64,000 bases of DNA from Nostoc sp. (GTDB lineage: Bacteria > Cyanobacteriota > Cyanobacteriia > Cyanobacteriales > Nostocaceae): NCBI GenBank assembly GCA_036918135.1, contig JBALDB010000006.1, forward strand, positions 64,001 through 128,000, in the 5' to 3' direction. The notes below the pieces were generated by a model. The model was not told the DNA's origin and ran no database searches. It saw only the letters and a program-made list of their open reading frames with translations. The position numbers were made by a program, and so were the translations under genes. Each line of letters begins with the position of its first letter. The first letter of the stretch is position 1. Positions 8,760 to 18,664 of this stretch are shown here, in pieces.

Positions 8760-10178
8760 TTAACCTTTAAAAATTACTGGCGCTGAAACTATACCCTTTG
8801 CCTCTAAAGCCGCTGCAACTCGTAAAATCAACGCTTCATTATATGGTGCTGCTATCAATTGCACACCCAAAGGTAAAGCATTAGGATATTGAATTGGTAG
8901 TGATAAAACTGGTAAACCGATGAAAGAAAATGGTTGAGTAAATAACCCCAAATGAGGACGAACAAGAATTTCTTCGCCATCCAAAATCATAGTTTGTTGA
9001 CCGATTAGCGGCGCAGAAATCGGTGTAGTTGGGGCAAGAATGATATCGACATTTTGAAAAATTTCCCGCACGCGATCGCGATACCATTTTCTAAATCGTT
9101 GCGCTTGTAGATACCAACTACTAGGAATTAACGCCCCAGCCAAAAAGCGATCGCGTGTTGCAGGGTCAAAATCTTGGGGACGCGATCGCAATTTATCCAA
9201 ATGCAGATTTGCTCCCTCGCTAGCCGTAATTAGAAACGCTGCTGCACGGGCACGGTGTGTTTCTGGTATGGTGACATACTCAGTTACACTCAAAGCATCA
9301 GCAACTTTTTGCACTGCTGCTAAAGCTGCCGATTCTGCACCTTTGGTGAAATAATCAGCAGCGATCGCAATTTTGATTGCAGAGATATCTTGATGAAGTT
9401 GTGGTAAAACTAATTCAGCAGGACGGTGAGTGCAAATTGGATCGCGATCGTCTTTTCCTTGTAACACATCAAATACTATAGCAATGTCTTGCACCGAACG
9501 TGCAAAACACCCAATGTGGTCAAAACTGCTAGAAAATAAAGCTACTCCAGCGCGAGACAATCTGCCATAAGTCGGCTTTAAACCAAAAACCCCACACAAC
9601 GCCGCCGGAACGCGAATCGAACCATTAGTATCAGAACCCAGCGTCAGCGGAACCAAACCACCAGCAACAGCCGCCGCCGAACCACCCGACGAACCCCCAG
9701 CAACTCGTAGTAAATCGTGTGGGTTGTGAGTAACACCGTAATGGGAATTTTCCGTCACAAACCCATAGGCGTACTCATCCATATTCAAAGCACCAAGCAG
9801 CACTGCACCCGCTTGTTTTAACTTCGTTACTGCGGTTGCATCTTGGATAGCTGCTGGGTTTTCTGCATTGATTTTCGATCCCGCCAAAGTCGTTAAACCA
9901 GCAATATCGAAGAGATTTTTCACTGCAAAAGGTACACCAGCAAGCATTCCAGGGTTATTACCTTGAGCAATTTCTTCGTCAATGCGTGCAGCATCAGCCA
10001 AAGCCACTTCAGCAGTTATAGTTGTAAAACAGTTGAATAGATGATTTCGCATTGCTATTCGTGCTAGCGCAGCCTTGGTAACATGCACTGCGCTAACATT
10101 GCCTTCACGTATAGCAGTTGATGTTGTGATGGCATCCGCTGAATCAAAATTTATACTGGAATATTTAGGAGATTGCAC
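8760..10178 (-). CDS. AtzE-family amidase (amidase signature)
   Basis: PFAVKNLFD, GGSSGGSAAA, GSDTNGSIRVPA; adjacent small AtzG/DUF4089-like gene. Confidence 0.88.
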   Translation of the reverse strand: MQSPKYSSINFDSADAITTSTAIREGNVSAVHVTKAALARIAMRNHLFNCFTTITAEVALADAARIDEEIAQGNNPGMLAGVPFAVKNLFDIAGLTTLAGSKINAENPAAIQDATAVTKLKQAGAVLLGALNMDEYAYGFVTENSHYGVTHNPHDLLRVAGGSSGGSAAAVAGGLVPLTLGSDTNGSIRVPAALCGVFGLKPTYGRLSRAGVALFSSSFDHIGCFARSVQDIAIVFDVLQGKDDRDPICTHRPAELVLPQLHQDISAIKIAIAADYFTKGAESAALAAVQKVADALSVTEYVTIPETHRARAAAFLITASEGANLHLDKLRSRPQDFDPATRDRFLAGALIPSSWYLQAQRFRKWYRDRVREIFQNVDIILAPTTPISAPLIGQQTMILDGEEILVRPHLGLFTQPFSFIGLPVLSLPIQYPNALPLGVQLIAAPYNEALILRVAAALEAKGIVSAPVIFKG

Positions 10179-10315
10179 GTTTAACTTTTTGAGTAATAGC
10201 AGTCTGCATAGTTTTTGCTAGTTACAGCAAAATAGCCCTAAGGCCTAGATCTAAAATACAAGATAATAAAAACCAAATTGGTATAAATTTATCTTTAGGA
10301 CTTTTAGCAGCTTAA

Positions 10316-10504
10316 CTATGGTTCAAATATTGGTGCTACTTCAACTTCCTCTGGTAAAGTAAAAGAATTCACGAGATTAGCGATCGCCTTAATTCTCTCA
10401 AAATTTGCCACCACCCCATCACAATATTCATCTGTTACTGGCAAATCCAATAATAACGCCATCTCCTTAACATACTCACCCACATTAAACCCTTGACCTT
10501 CCAT
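10316..10504 (-). CDS. DUF4089/AtzG-like small amidase partner
   Basis: 62 aa, GVVANFERI, ends APIFEP; directly upstream of the amidase. Confidence 0.75.
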   Translation of the reverse strand: MEGQGFNVGEYVKEMALLLDLPVTDEYCDGVVANFERIKAIANLVNSFTLPEEVEVAPIFEP

Positions 10505-10547
10505 CTCTCCTCCTCTGCGTCCTTGGTGTCTTGGCGGTTCGTTAATT

Positions 10548-10696
10548 TAACGTGAATTCGATGTAAAGGATTTTGACCTCACCCCCAGCCCCTCTCCTTC
10601 AAGGAGAAAGGAGCAAAAAGCCTAATTTTTCGTTACTCCTCCCTCTCCTCGCTCTCGTGGGAGGTTGGGTGGGTGAGGTCTGTCGAATTCACGTTA
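10548..10696. mobile_element. MITE-like palindromic element
   Basis: Perfect 14-bp TIRs TAACGTGAATTCGA / TCGAATTCACGTTA; inner palindrome GACCTCACCC...GGGTGAGGTC. Confidence 0.8.
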
Positions 10697-11044
10697 ATTT
10701 AAATCTATAACTTCTTGCGGCAACTCAAACAAACCATCTTCCCCAGCTGCAAAATCAATCACCCGATACACAGCATCAATATTTAACTCCCCATAAATAT
10801 GAGGAAATAACTCTCCTATTTCCGCCTCTTGATCGCGAATCTCAGCTTGAATTTTTTGTAAATCAATAAAAAGTAAAACCAAATCTTTTTGATTCTTAAA
10901 AAATCTATTTGCAACTGTAACAATTTGCGTTGACCTAGAACAATGAATAAAACCTTCAGAATCGAGTGAATCAGCCCGATAGCTGCCCAATTTTTTTGCT
11001 TGCTCCCATTGTTGGCGTTTAGCGATGTGGAGAATAGCGTTCAT
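10694..11044 (-). CDS. DUF952 domain protein
   Basis: ILHIA, SLDSEGFIHCS and LFPHIYGELN motifs. Start chosen at MNAILH. Confidence 0.88.
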   Translation of the reverse strand: MNAILHIAKRQQWEQAKKLGSYRADSLDSEGFIHCSRSTQIVTVANRFFKNQKDLVLLFIDLQKIQAEIRDQEAEIGELFPHIYGELNIDAVYRVIDFAAGEDGLFELPQEVIDLN

Positions 11045-11108
11045 GATAATTATTTGCATATTACTGATATTATTCTCAACCAAGAATAAACCAGCTAGAG
11101 TGTTTTAA

Positions 11109-11564
11109 TTATGGGTAATTTGCCGTATATAATATCACTTGGTTAGCTAATTTTTCTAGAGAATAGACAATCTTAATATCAGGACGTACCAGAGATGTTT
11201 GTATCTCTACGTCTTGTCTTCTAGAGTAATGGGGATGAATACCGACGAATAGAGGTTTATTTGTCATCGACCATGCACCTAGTTCATAAAGTACGATAGG
11301 GCAGATACTTTCTTGGGGAAACCAAAAGAGAATAGCCGACGCTAATCGCAGATGTTTGTGTTCCCACTCAATTTGTTTTCTGGATGCATTGGGGTCTTTA
11401 ATTGAAAAATTAGTTCGACGGGGATTTAAAATTGTCCAAGAAGAAGGTTTTAATAGCTGCAACATCTCTGCTTGCCAATCAGGGCAATCACTGATACCAC
11501 CAGCACAAAATATTGCTTGACTTTTGCCGTCAAACTCCTCTGGAGCCTCAATGTATTTATTCAT
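11109..11564 (-). CDS. Nucleoside 2-deoxyribosyltransferase-like protein
   Basis: IFCAGGI..CPDWQ, ILNPRR, QIEWE, ILFWF and LYELG pattern of the NDT-like family. Confidence 0.8.
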   Translation of the reverse strand: MNKYIEAPEEFDGKSQAIFCAGGISDCPDWQAEMLQLLKPSSWTILNPRRTNFSIKDPNASRKQIEWEHKHLRLASAILFWFPQESICPIVLYELGAWSMTNKPLFVGIHPHYSRRQDVEIQTSLVRPDIKIVYSLEKLANQVILYTANYP

Positions 11565-11566
11565 AT

Positions 11567-12076
11567 TTAAAAGTAATAATCTACGCCAGCAATAATTGCA
11601 AGTGCCACAGCATATTGTTCTAAATCTTGTCTGAGTAATTCTAACTCACTTCTGAATTGAGGTTCTTTTTCCCAATTCTGTTCGTGTTTCTTGGGACTGA
11701 CATTCAACGAACGTTCTGCTTCCCACGCTTGTAGTAAAGGATGCCATTTGGATAAAACCGGACGCAATCCTCGGTTGAGAACAGCGATCGCAATTCCTCC
11801 GACTGACTCACGAGATCCACCGATTTCGGGCCCTGCGTCTTTGAGGATTTGTCGGGTAGTACTAAACAGGCTGTGTAAGGATGATAGCGCTTCTCGTAAC
11901 AATCCTTGGTCTTGTTCGGAATCTAGAGGCTGGATGGCAATGCGGGTAACAAGTTCTACATACAGCGACCAAGCCGCCTTACGTTCTGTGGAGTCGGGTT
12001 CCCATTCTGTCCCACCAATACCAAAGGGGAGGTTAACAGATACTTTCTTTAATTTTGCTGGATTTGGTTTGGCCAT
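11567..12076 (-). CDS. Hypothetical alpha-helical protein
   Basis: 169-aa ORF packed between its neighbours (20-bp and 2-bp gaps); motifs AAWSLYVELVTRI, GLLREALSSL, LRPVLSKWHP; no function recognised. Confidence 0.75.
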   Translation of the reverse strand: MAKPNPAKLKKVSVNLPFGIGGTEWEPDSTERKAAWSLYVELVTRIAIQPLDSEQDQGLLREALSSLHSLFSTTRQILKDAGPEIGGSRESVGGIAIAVLNRGLRPVLSKWHPLLQAWEAERSLNVSPKKHEQNWEKEPQFRSELELLRQDLEQYAVALAIIAGVDYYF

Positions 12077-12096
12077 TATGTAGATTCCTAAGTTGA

Positions 12097-15000
12097 TTAT
12101 TCAAAATTGAGCGATTTAATATCTATAATTGCTTTTATTAACCGTTCTAAAGGTTCCTTTTCATCAACATTGTCAACAAAACGTACCCAATTTAATTCTT
12201 TGAGAAACAGTAGCTTTGGATCATTTGGGATCTCAGTAACACCTGGTAATAACACTGGAATCAAAGGCAAATCTTCGTTAACGAATCGACTGTTAAGCGA
12301 TCGCAATTCTTGTAGTTGCCATTTTCCCAAACCATTAAGACTAATGAAGATCACACCTGATTTAACTTGCTGGATTCCTTCTTGTATAGCATCTTGAAAG
12401 CTCTTTCCGACAATAATCTCCTTTTTATCCAGCCAGGGATTCAAACCTCGCTGTCGCAGTTGGTTAGCGATCGCTTCTACTAGAGGTTTATCTTTACTAT
12501 TGTGAGATAAAAAGACATCAAAATCATTGGTTGCAACTTTGCCTTGAATGATGGAAGTAGCTGTGTCAATCTTACGCTGCTTATCAGCGGCTTTATCCAT
12601 CTGCGGAATAATAGAAGTAACTACTCCAATTTCGCGTTGAGCATCAGTATCTTTATTTGTTAGTGGAATAAGGAAAGTCCGATCTACTGCCTTCAGACGT
12701 TCCTCTTTATCTAGCAGGGAAATCTGAGTATCACAAGCATTACAACGAATCCAGTTAAAACCAAACTCTCGCCTGCGTGTCGCCTGTAATTCAGTAATTG
12801 GTATTTTGCATTTGAGATTATGACAAACAAAAATGCGGCGACGGCGGATACTTTCTGGTAAAGCCTGCCGCTTCAGGTGGGTATGCACGTACTCTTCAAA
12901 ATGCAGCCTTGTCTCCTCACTCGCTTCAGGTTTAAAGAACAGAGTTAACTCCGCTTTTCCTTCCTCAATATGGCGCAGCCAGATGCCACACTCACCAACC
13001 TGGGCTGTGAATATAGCGGCATTTTTCCACATTTCTTTACGTTTAAAAATTTCGCTGCGAGATAAACGTACAACCAAGGTAGTGTATACATTTAATACAG
13101 CCCCCTCAAACTCAAAAATTACCGCTTTGCCTTCTGGATCTGGAGCTTCTGGCCATTCGCGGGTGAACTGGGAGGGGAAAACTAGCAATGGTGCAGCCTC
13201 AGTGTGTTCTCGCAAAGCAATTTCACGAGTTAATAATTCTTCTACCGTGGCAATTAGCAGTAATTTCTCCTGTTCTTTATCGGCGATGCGTTCATCTTCT
13301 GGCATCCGAAACCGTCCCGCAAGTACGTCTTCTTCGACAAGACAACCCATACCCTCTGGTTCATCTTTGGCAGCGTTTACAATTGCTGAGGCGTAAGCAT
13401 CCAATAGTTCTGGTTGCAAAAGAATCAGATTGCCAAAGCTGAGTCTACGGATTAAATCTCGCGACTCCACTAGCCGAATGCAAGTTTCAAACTTATCTCG
13501 CATTTCTTTGGAATCAGCAAGAGGATTGTTGCTTTGCAAGAAGGCGCGGTACAGGTCATCTGCTGGAGATAAGAGCCTTCGTAATTTTTTTTCTTGAATT
13601 AAAAAAACTTTGATTTTCTGAAATAGTTCTGTAGAACTTTCCTTTGGTAAATGCTCCCAGTCAATAGCGTTGCGAATGGCTGTAGCTAGTTCCTTGATTC
13701 CCAGTCCTTCCTTGGCGCTAGTCTCAAAGTAACCATCAAAACCAAGTTCGCTAACTAAAGCGTTGATGCGTGCCTTAGTAACACCGATGCTACCCCGGTC
13801 TACACGGGCGGATACTAAAAATTTTTTCAAAGCGATCGCAGAATTACCTGGCAAGTTTTGTGCTTGTTGTAAAGCACGGTTCCAATAATATACTCCCGCA
13901 AAGGGTTCGGTTTCACTCCGGGCATCAAATACAATCAGGGCTACTGCCAATTCATTCAAATACAACTGGTGAATCAGCCGATAACCCGGCTGTCCTGCTA
14001 AGTCCCACAAAAGTATTTCCCGCAATTCTTGACGGTCGTCGCTTAACTTCAATTTTTGTTTGTGAAAAGTCCAAACATGACGACCATGGGTTGATTCTGT
14101 GGGGCGAAACTCTCTATCAGTTAGCACCAAACTTAATCCAGACTTGCCTACACCACTTTCACCCACCAGCACCACTTTGGCATTTCTATATAGATCGGAG
14201 GGATTCGCAGGAGGTGCATTGAGTAAAACGTCTGGGTCGATTTGCCAAATGCGGATGGCAATGTCTGCTTCCCCCAAAGTTGCCAAAATGGGTTTTGTAG
14301 TGTGGAAAGCTAACCCAAAAGGCAATGATTTAAAAGTTGCTTCCTCCAGGACTGTTACTGTTTCCCAAGTGTCGCAGCGCCAGAGACGAACAGTACCATC
14401 AGAAGATTTAGAACCCAGCAATTTAGCATCATTAGAGAATTCCAAACAGTTTACCGATCCTGTATGTCCTTCTAAAACAAATAATGTTTGCCCTGTTTGG
14501 GGGTTCCATAAGCGGATTGTATTGTCACGCGAAGCTGATGCTACCATCTGCCCATCTGGAGACCATGCGACGCTGTAAACATCTGCCGAATGTCCTACCA
14601 GAGTTTTTTGCAGTTTAGTTGTTTCTTTATTCCAAAGTTTGATTGTGCTGTCATGAGAAGCAGATGCTAACATTTTCCCATCTGGCGACCATGCCAAACT
14701 ATTCACTTGTGCCGAATGTCCTTCGATGGTTTTGTATTGTTCTGTTTTGATATACCCCAATATAATCGACCAATCATCCCCCATCCCACCTACGGCAAGT
14801 ATCTGACTATCAGGTGACCATGCCATAGTCAGACATACACCAGTATGCATGGGAATTGTCTTTTCGAGTTCGCCCGTCTCTGTTTTCCAAAAGCGGATGG
14901 TGTTATCAGCAGATCCAGAAGCAATTGATTTGCCATCTGGCGACCAAGCAACTGTCCAAACCCGTCCTTTATGACCCTCAAGGGTGCGTATACATTCGCC

Positions 15001-15165
15001 AGTATCTACAGACCAAAGTTTAATTGTGCTGTCAAATGATGGTGAGGCTAGCATCGTACCATCTAGAGACCATTCCACTCGACTAATTAACCCATTGTGC
15101 CCCCGAAGCGTATGTTTCAGTTGCCAACCAAATGGGATTTCGCTGGGATTGACTGGATTTTTCAT
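12097..15165 (-). CDS. WD40 - Roc GTPase - COR-like - Zn ribbon - TIR multidomain protein
   Basis: About 7 GH...W WD40 repeats; GESGVGKS, ESTHG, WDLAGQ and ETSAK GTPase motifs; CHNLKC...CNAC; C-terminal FDVFLSHNSKDK...PWLD...WQLQEL TIR. Confidence 0.88.
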   Translation of the reverse strand: MKNPVNPSEIPFGWQLKHTLRGHNGLISRVEWSLDGTMLASPSFDSTIKLWSVDTGECIRTLEGHKGRVWTVAWSPDGKSIASGSADNTIRFWKTETGELEKTIPMHTGVCLTMAWSPDSQILAVGGMGDDWSIILGYIKTEQYKTIEGHSAQVNSLAWSPDGKMLASASHDSTIKLWNKETTKLQKTLVGHSADVYSVAWSPDGQMVASASRDNTIRLWNPQTGQTLFVLEGHTGSVNCLEFSNDAKLLGSKSSDGTVRLWRCDTWETVTVLEEATFKSLPFGLAFHTTKPILATLGEADIAIRIWQIDPDVLLNAPPANPSDLYRNAKVVLVGESGVGKSGLSLVLTDREFRPTESTHGRHVWTFHKQKLKLSDDRQELREILLWDLAGQPGYRLIHQLYLNELAVALIVFDARSETEPFAGVYYWNRALQQAQNLPGNSAIALKKFLVSARVDRGSIGVTKARINALVSELGFDGYFETSAKEGLGIKELATAIRNAIDWEHLPKESSTELFQKIKVFLIQEKKLRRLLSPADDLYRAFLQSNNPLADSKEMRDKFETCIRLVESRDLIRRLSFGNLILLQPELLDAYASAIVNAAKDEPEGMGCLVEEDVLAGRFRMPEDERIADKEQEKLLLIATVEELLTREIALREHTEAAPLLVFPSQFTREWPEAPDPEGKAVIFEFEGAVLNVYTTLVVRLSRSEIFKRKEMWKNAAIFTAQVGECGIWLRHIEEGKAELTLFFKPEASEETRLHFEEYVHTHLKRQALPESIRRRRIFVCHNLKCKIPITELQATRRREFGFNWIRCNACDTQISLLDKEERLKAVDRTFLIPLTNKDTDAQREIGVVTSIIPQMDKAADKQRKIDTATSIIQGKVATNDFDVFLSHNSKDKPLVEAIANQLRQRGLNPWLDKKEIIVGKSFQDAIQEGIQQVKSGVIFISLNGLGKWQLQELRSLNSRFVNEDLPLIPVLLPGVTEIPNDPKLLFLKELNWVRFVDNVDEKEPLERLIKAIIDIKSLNFE

Positions 15166-15702
15166 AAATCAGTTTTGTTTAGTAATTAATAAATCAAGAG
15201 TCAAAAAACCTTTTAATTTCTAGCTTTCTATGAGTTGTCATCTGCTGACTTCTGTCTAACTGCACTAATATTATGTTTGGATGAATGCTTATAATTAGGA
15301 CTGACACGGGGACACGGAGACGCTCTGACGCTGAGAATTTAGAATTATAAGTAATTAAACTAACTTTATATTAAGTTCTTGACTAGACAAACAGTCAGAT
15401 TTTTTGTTTCTAGATAATATATATGTACTCCATTTTGTATTATGTCCTCAATTGAAGCATTAATTGGCTCAAATAATTGTTATTGTTAAATTAACTAATC
15501 AGTTCCTAGTCTGGCAGAATATCTGAGAAGTATTAGATTGATTCTTCCTTGCTCCCTTCCCAACAGTGGAACTATTTACATAAAGTCCTCTTTTTAGTAG
15601 GATTTTAGGAGTATTTCCGATGATTAAGATTTGGCGATCGCCGCGTGGCTTTTCAGACATCTTTATCAAGATAATATATCAAATTTTCTTTACATATCAT
15701 TA

Positions 15703-15750
15703 GGAAATTTAAAGGAAATTTCAGGCAATTAGTGGCAATTATCGGCAATT
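15703..15750 (+). promoter_or_regulatory. Five phased GG(A/C)AATT repeats upstream of the NACHT gene
   Basis: Copies at 15703, 15714, 15724, 15734 and 15744; TATAAT at 15773. Confidence 0.65.
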
Positions 15751-16029
15751 GATAAAAATATCTTTTTTGAAGTATAATGAAGTGTTTGGTTTGAGCTAAA
15801 ATAAAAACCTAGACCATTTATAACCAATTCAAAATAATGCTGATTAAAAGATTTTTTTTCTGGAAAGATGGCATGTTACCTTGAAGAGATTATGTATGAA
15901 ACTACAGAAACGAATAGAAATTTTGGATAGAGTCTTGTTAGACAAGGGCTAGGGTAGTTAAAACCTATTGTATCTTAAGGATACATTTTCAGGTTTTCTT
16001 AATTTCAACCAATCAAAAAGGACAACAAG

Positions 16030-18441
16030 ATGGCATCAATTCAAGTCGAATTAAAGGTTTTTCAATCCTTAAAACAAGCGTACTCAGAGAAATTTGGCGG
16101 CTCACCGAGTTCTTTAATTCACAGATTAAATCAGTCAGAAGATAAAAGTGATAATCTAATGGCTGATAGAACTATCCGGTCTTTTTTTAATGCTGCCACA
16201 CCACCCAAAATGCAGGAAAAAAATCTCAATTATTTATGTAGGGTACTTTTAAACCAGAACAGCTATCAAGAAGCTTTAAGAGAAATCAGCAATATAAACT
16301 CTGATGTTGAAGGAGATTGGCTAGATCCTTATTGGAAGCACTTAGAAAGAAAGTGCAATAAAATGCGGATACTAGATATGAATGAACCAATACCTATAGA
16401 TAATATTTATGTAAATTTTAAAATACTCAAGAATATTCAGGGACGCAGGCAGCAAACTCTTGAATACCTATTAAATAATTTAGAATTAGAAGCTCTGATT
16501 AATCCAAACTTTAAGCGTTTATTTTTTTCTAGCAATGAAGTGACAATGCCAGCCTTAGAAGCTGCAACCCAGCACTTAAAACTGATGGTATTGGGCAAAC
16601 CAGGAGCAGGTAAGACGACATTTTTAAAGTATCTAGCTATGCACTTTTCCCAAGAAGCATCAATGGGAAAAATTGTGCCTATTTTTATTCGTTTGCGAGA
16701 TATATCCGAAAATAAAATCAATAGGAGCTTAACTGAAACTGTAATTTCTGAATTTACCGAATATATCCCGGATTCTGAGAAAAAAGTGCGTCATTTACTA
16801 GAAAGTGGACGGGCTTTAATTTTGTTAGATGGTTTAGATGAAGTGAAAGTAGAAAATGATAATGACAATATTTATCGACAAATTGATGAACTTACCAATT
16901 CATTTCCAGATAATCGGTTTATAATAACTTGTCGGAATGCAGCCTGTGATTACGTTTTTGATGATTTTACAGAGGTAGAGATTGCCGATTTTGAAAAGGA
17001 AGAAATTAAGACATTTGTTCGCCAGTGGTTTCAAGCGCGTGGAGAAGAAGAAAAAACTAGCGATCGCTTTTTAGAAAAATTAGAAGAAAATCAGGCAGTC
17101 AAAGAATTAGCCACAAGTCCTTTACTATTGACGATTTTGTGTTTGACATTTGAAGATACTTATAATTTCTCTGTAAATCGCTATGCTCTATATGCAGATG
17201 CAGTAGATTCTCTGTTGAGAAGATGGGATGCTAGCCGTCGGATAGAACGTCAACCCGAACTTGAACTATCACGACAACGGAAAATTAATATGTTTAGTGA
17301 AATAGCTTATCATGGCTTCAGCCAAAACCCTCCTAAATTTTTATGGCAACAGTGGGAATTGGAAAAGCAAATTGTCCAATTTCTGCATAATCTTATTGCC
17401 GATATAGATTCACAAGAAGTGCTAAGAATTATTGAAGCCAACTATGGTTTGCTAATCAAACAATCTAAGGGAATATACTCCTTTTCTCATCTGACATTTC
17501 AGGAATTTTTCGCTGCCGAATACATAGTAGAAAATCGCAACCCCAAATTTTTGAAAAATTTTGTTGAACAAAATTTAATAGTGCGCCAATGGCGAGAGGT
17601 ATTTATTTTAATTACTCAGCGACTAAGCAATGCTGATGAATTTCTCAAACTAATGTTTAAATGTACCCATGACATCGTAAAACAGAGTCAGGGATTGCAA
17701 GACATGCTCAATTGGCTACATAGAATGACAACTGACTCTCACATTAACTCTAGTTCTTGGAGAGCTTATTATTTAGCAATTGATTTAGATGTTGACCTCT
17801 ACATCAGTCGTGATATTGAAATTGACCGGACGACCTTTGCAAAATTTGCAACGGAACTCAGAAAATATAATGACAACTATCATAAATTAATTCCTCCACA
17901 ACCAAGAGCTTTACTAATTTCTCGATTAGCAGCCATTCATGCTTTAGCTGTGGATCGTTCTCACGCAGATATGCCTAATGAATATATAAGCTTGAAAAAT
18001 TCAAATGAATTTACTATTAAACGACTGCAAATTGGTAATGATACGGAGGTTGATATTAATGAAAAGCTAGATTTTGCAATTGAGAAAGCCCAAGAAGAAA
18101 ATCTAACTGATTTAACTAGAGAATTAATTGATTTGCAAAGTCATCATCCATCGAGTCATGCTGCAAATCAAGAATGGCAAAAATGGGCAGAAAAATTACG
18201 ACAACTTATGCTTAAATATCTCGATGCTGGTTATAAAGTGAACCTTGCTACCGCAGATGTTAAAGCTTTAGAAAGTTATATTTATGCAAATTACCTATTA
18301 TTTAATTGCATTTGTGGAGAAATTTATTGTTCTAGAGAGCTGCGTGAGGAAATTTTAGATAATTTACTATTACCTACAAATGAAATACCACCTCATCTAT
18401 TAAGTGGTTATGATGTCAAAAATATTTCTTTGAAACAATAG
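16030..18441 (+). CDS. NACHT (STAND) NTPase with putative N-terminal HTH and helical C-terminus
   Basis: Walker A GKPGAGKTT, Walker B LILLDGLDEV, ITCR, PLLL, FSHLTFQEFFAA. The N-terminal DRTIRSFF segment is HTH-like (inference). Confidence 0.88.
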   Translation: MASIQVELKVFQSLKQAYSEKFGGSPSSLIHRLNQSEDKSDNLMADRTIRSFFNAATPPKMQEKNLNYLCRVLLNQNSYQEALREISNINSDVEGDWLDPYWKHLERKCNKMRILDMNEPIPIDNIYVNFKILKNIQGRRQQTLEYLLNNLELEALINPNFKRLFFSSNEVTMPALEAATQHLKLMVLGKPGAGKTTFLKYLAMHFSQEASMGKIVPIFIRLRDISENKINRSLTETVISEFTEYIPDSEKKVRHLLESGRALILLDGLDEVKVENDNDNIYRQIDELTNSFPDNRFIITCRNAACDYVFDDFTEVEIADFEKEEIKTFVRQWFQARGEEEKTSDRFLEKLEENQAVKELATSPLLLTILCLTFEDTYNFSVNRYALYADAVDSLLRRWDASRRIERQPELELSRQRKINMFSEIAYHGFSQNPPKFLWQQWELEKQIVQFLHNLIADIDSQEVLRIIEANYGLLIKQSKGIYSFSHLTFQEFFAAEYIVENRNPKFLKNFVEQNLIVRQWREVFILITQRLSNADEFLKLMFKCTHDIVKQSQGLQDMLNWLHRMTTDSHINSSSWRAYYLAIDLDVDLYISRDIEIDRTTFAKFATELRKYNDNYHKLIPPQPRALLISRLAAIHALAVDRSHADMPNEYISLKNSNEFTIKRLQIGNDTEVDINEKLDFAIEKAQEENLTDLTRELIDLQSHHPSSHAANQEWQKWAEKLRQLMLKYLDAGYKVNLATADVKALESYIYANYLLFNCICGEIYCSRELREEILDNLLLPTNEIPPHLLSGYDVKNISLKQ

Positions 18442-18664
18442 AATTTTGACAAATTCTTGAGGATTAGCAGAATGCCAATTCACTAATTTCAGAAACTAAA
18501 AAACTTTTGTCTTAACTAAATACAAAAATTTGGTTGCGAAAAGTCCAGGTTTCATGCTGAATAGACATTCTAGAAGATATGTCCAAAAATTATAATTATT
18601 TATAAACACTCTTTTGAGGAAAAATAGTGATATACTTCTCCTTGTTGATAGTGGTGTTACAAGA

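Noticed and set aside
11691..15223. Several plus-strand ORFs opposite the Roco-TIR operon
   Set aside because: Antisense shadows with no motifs.
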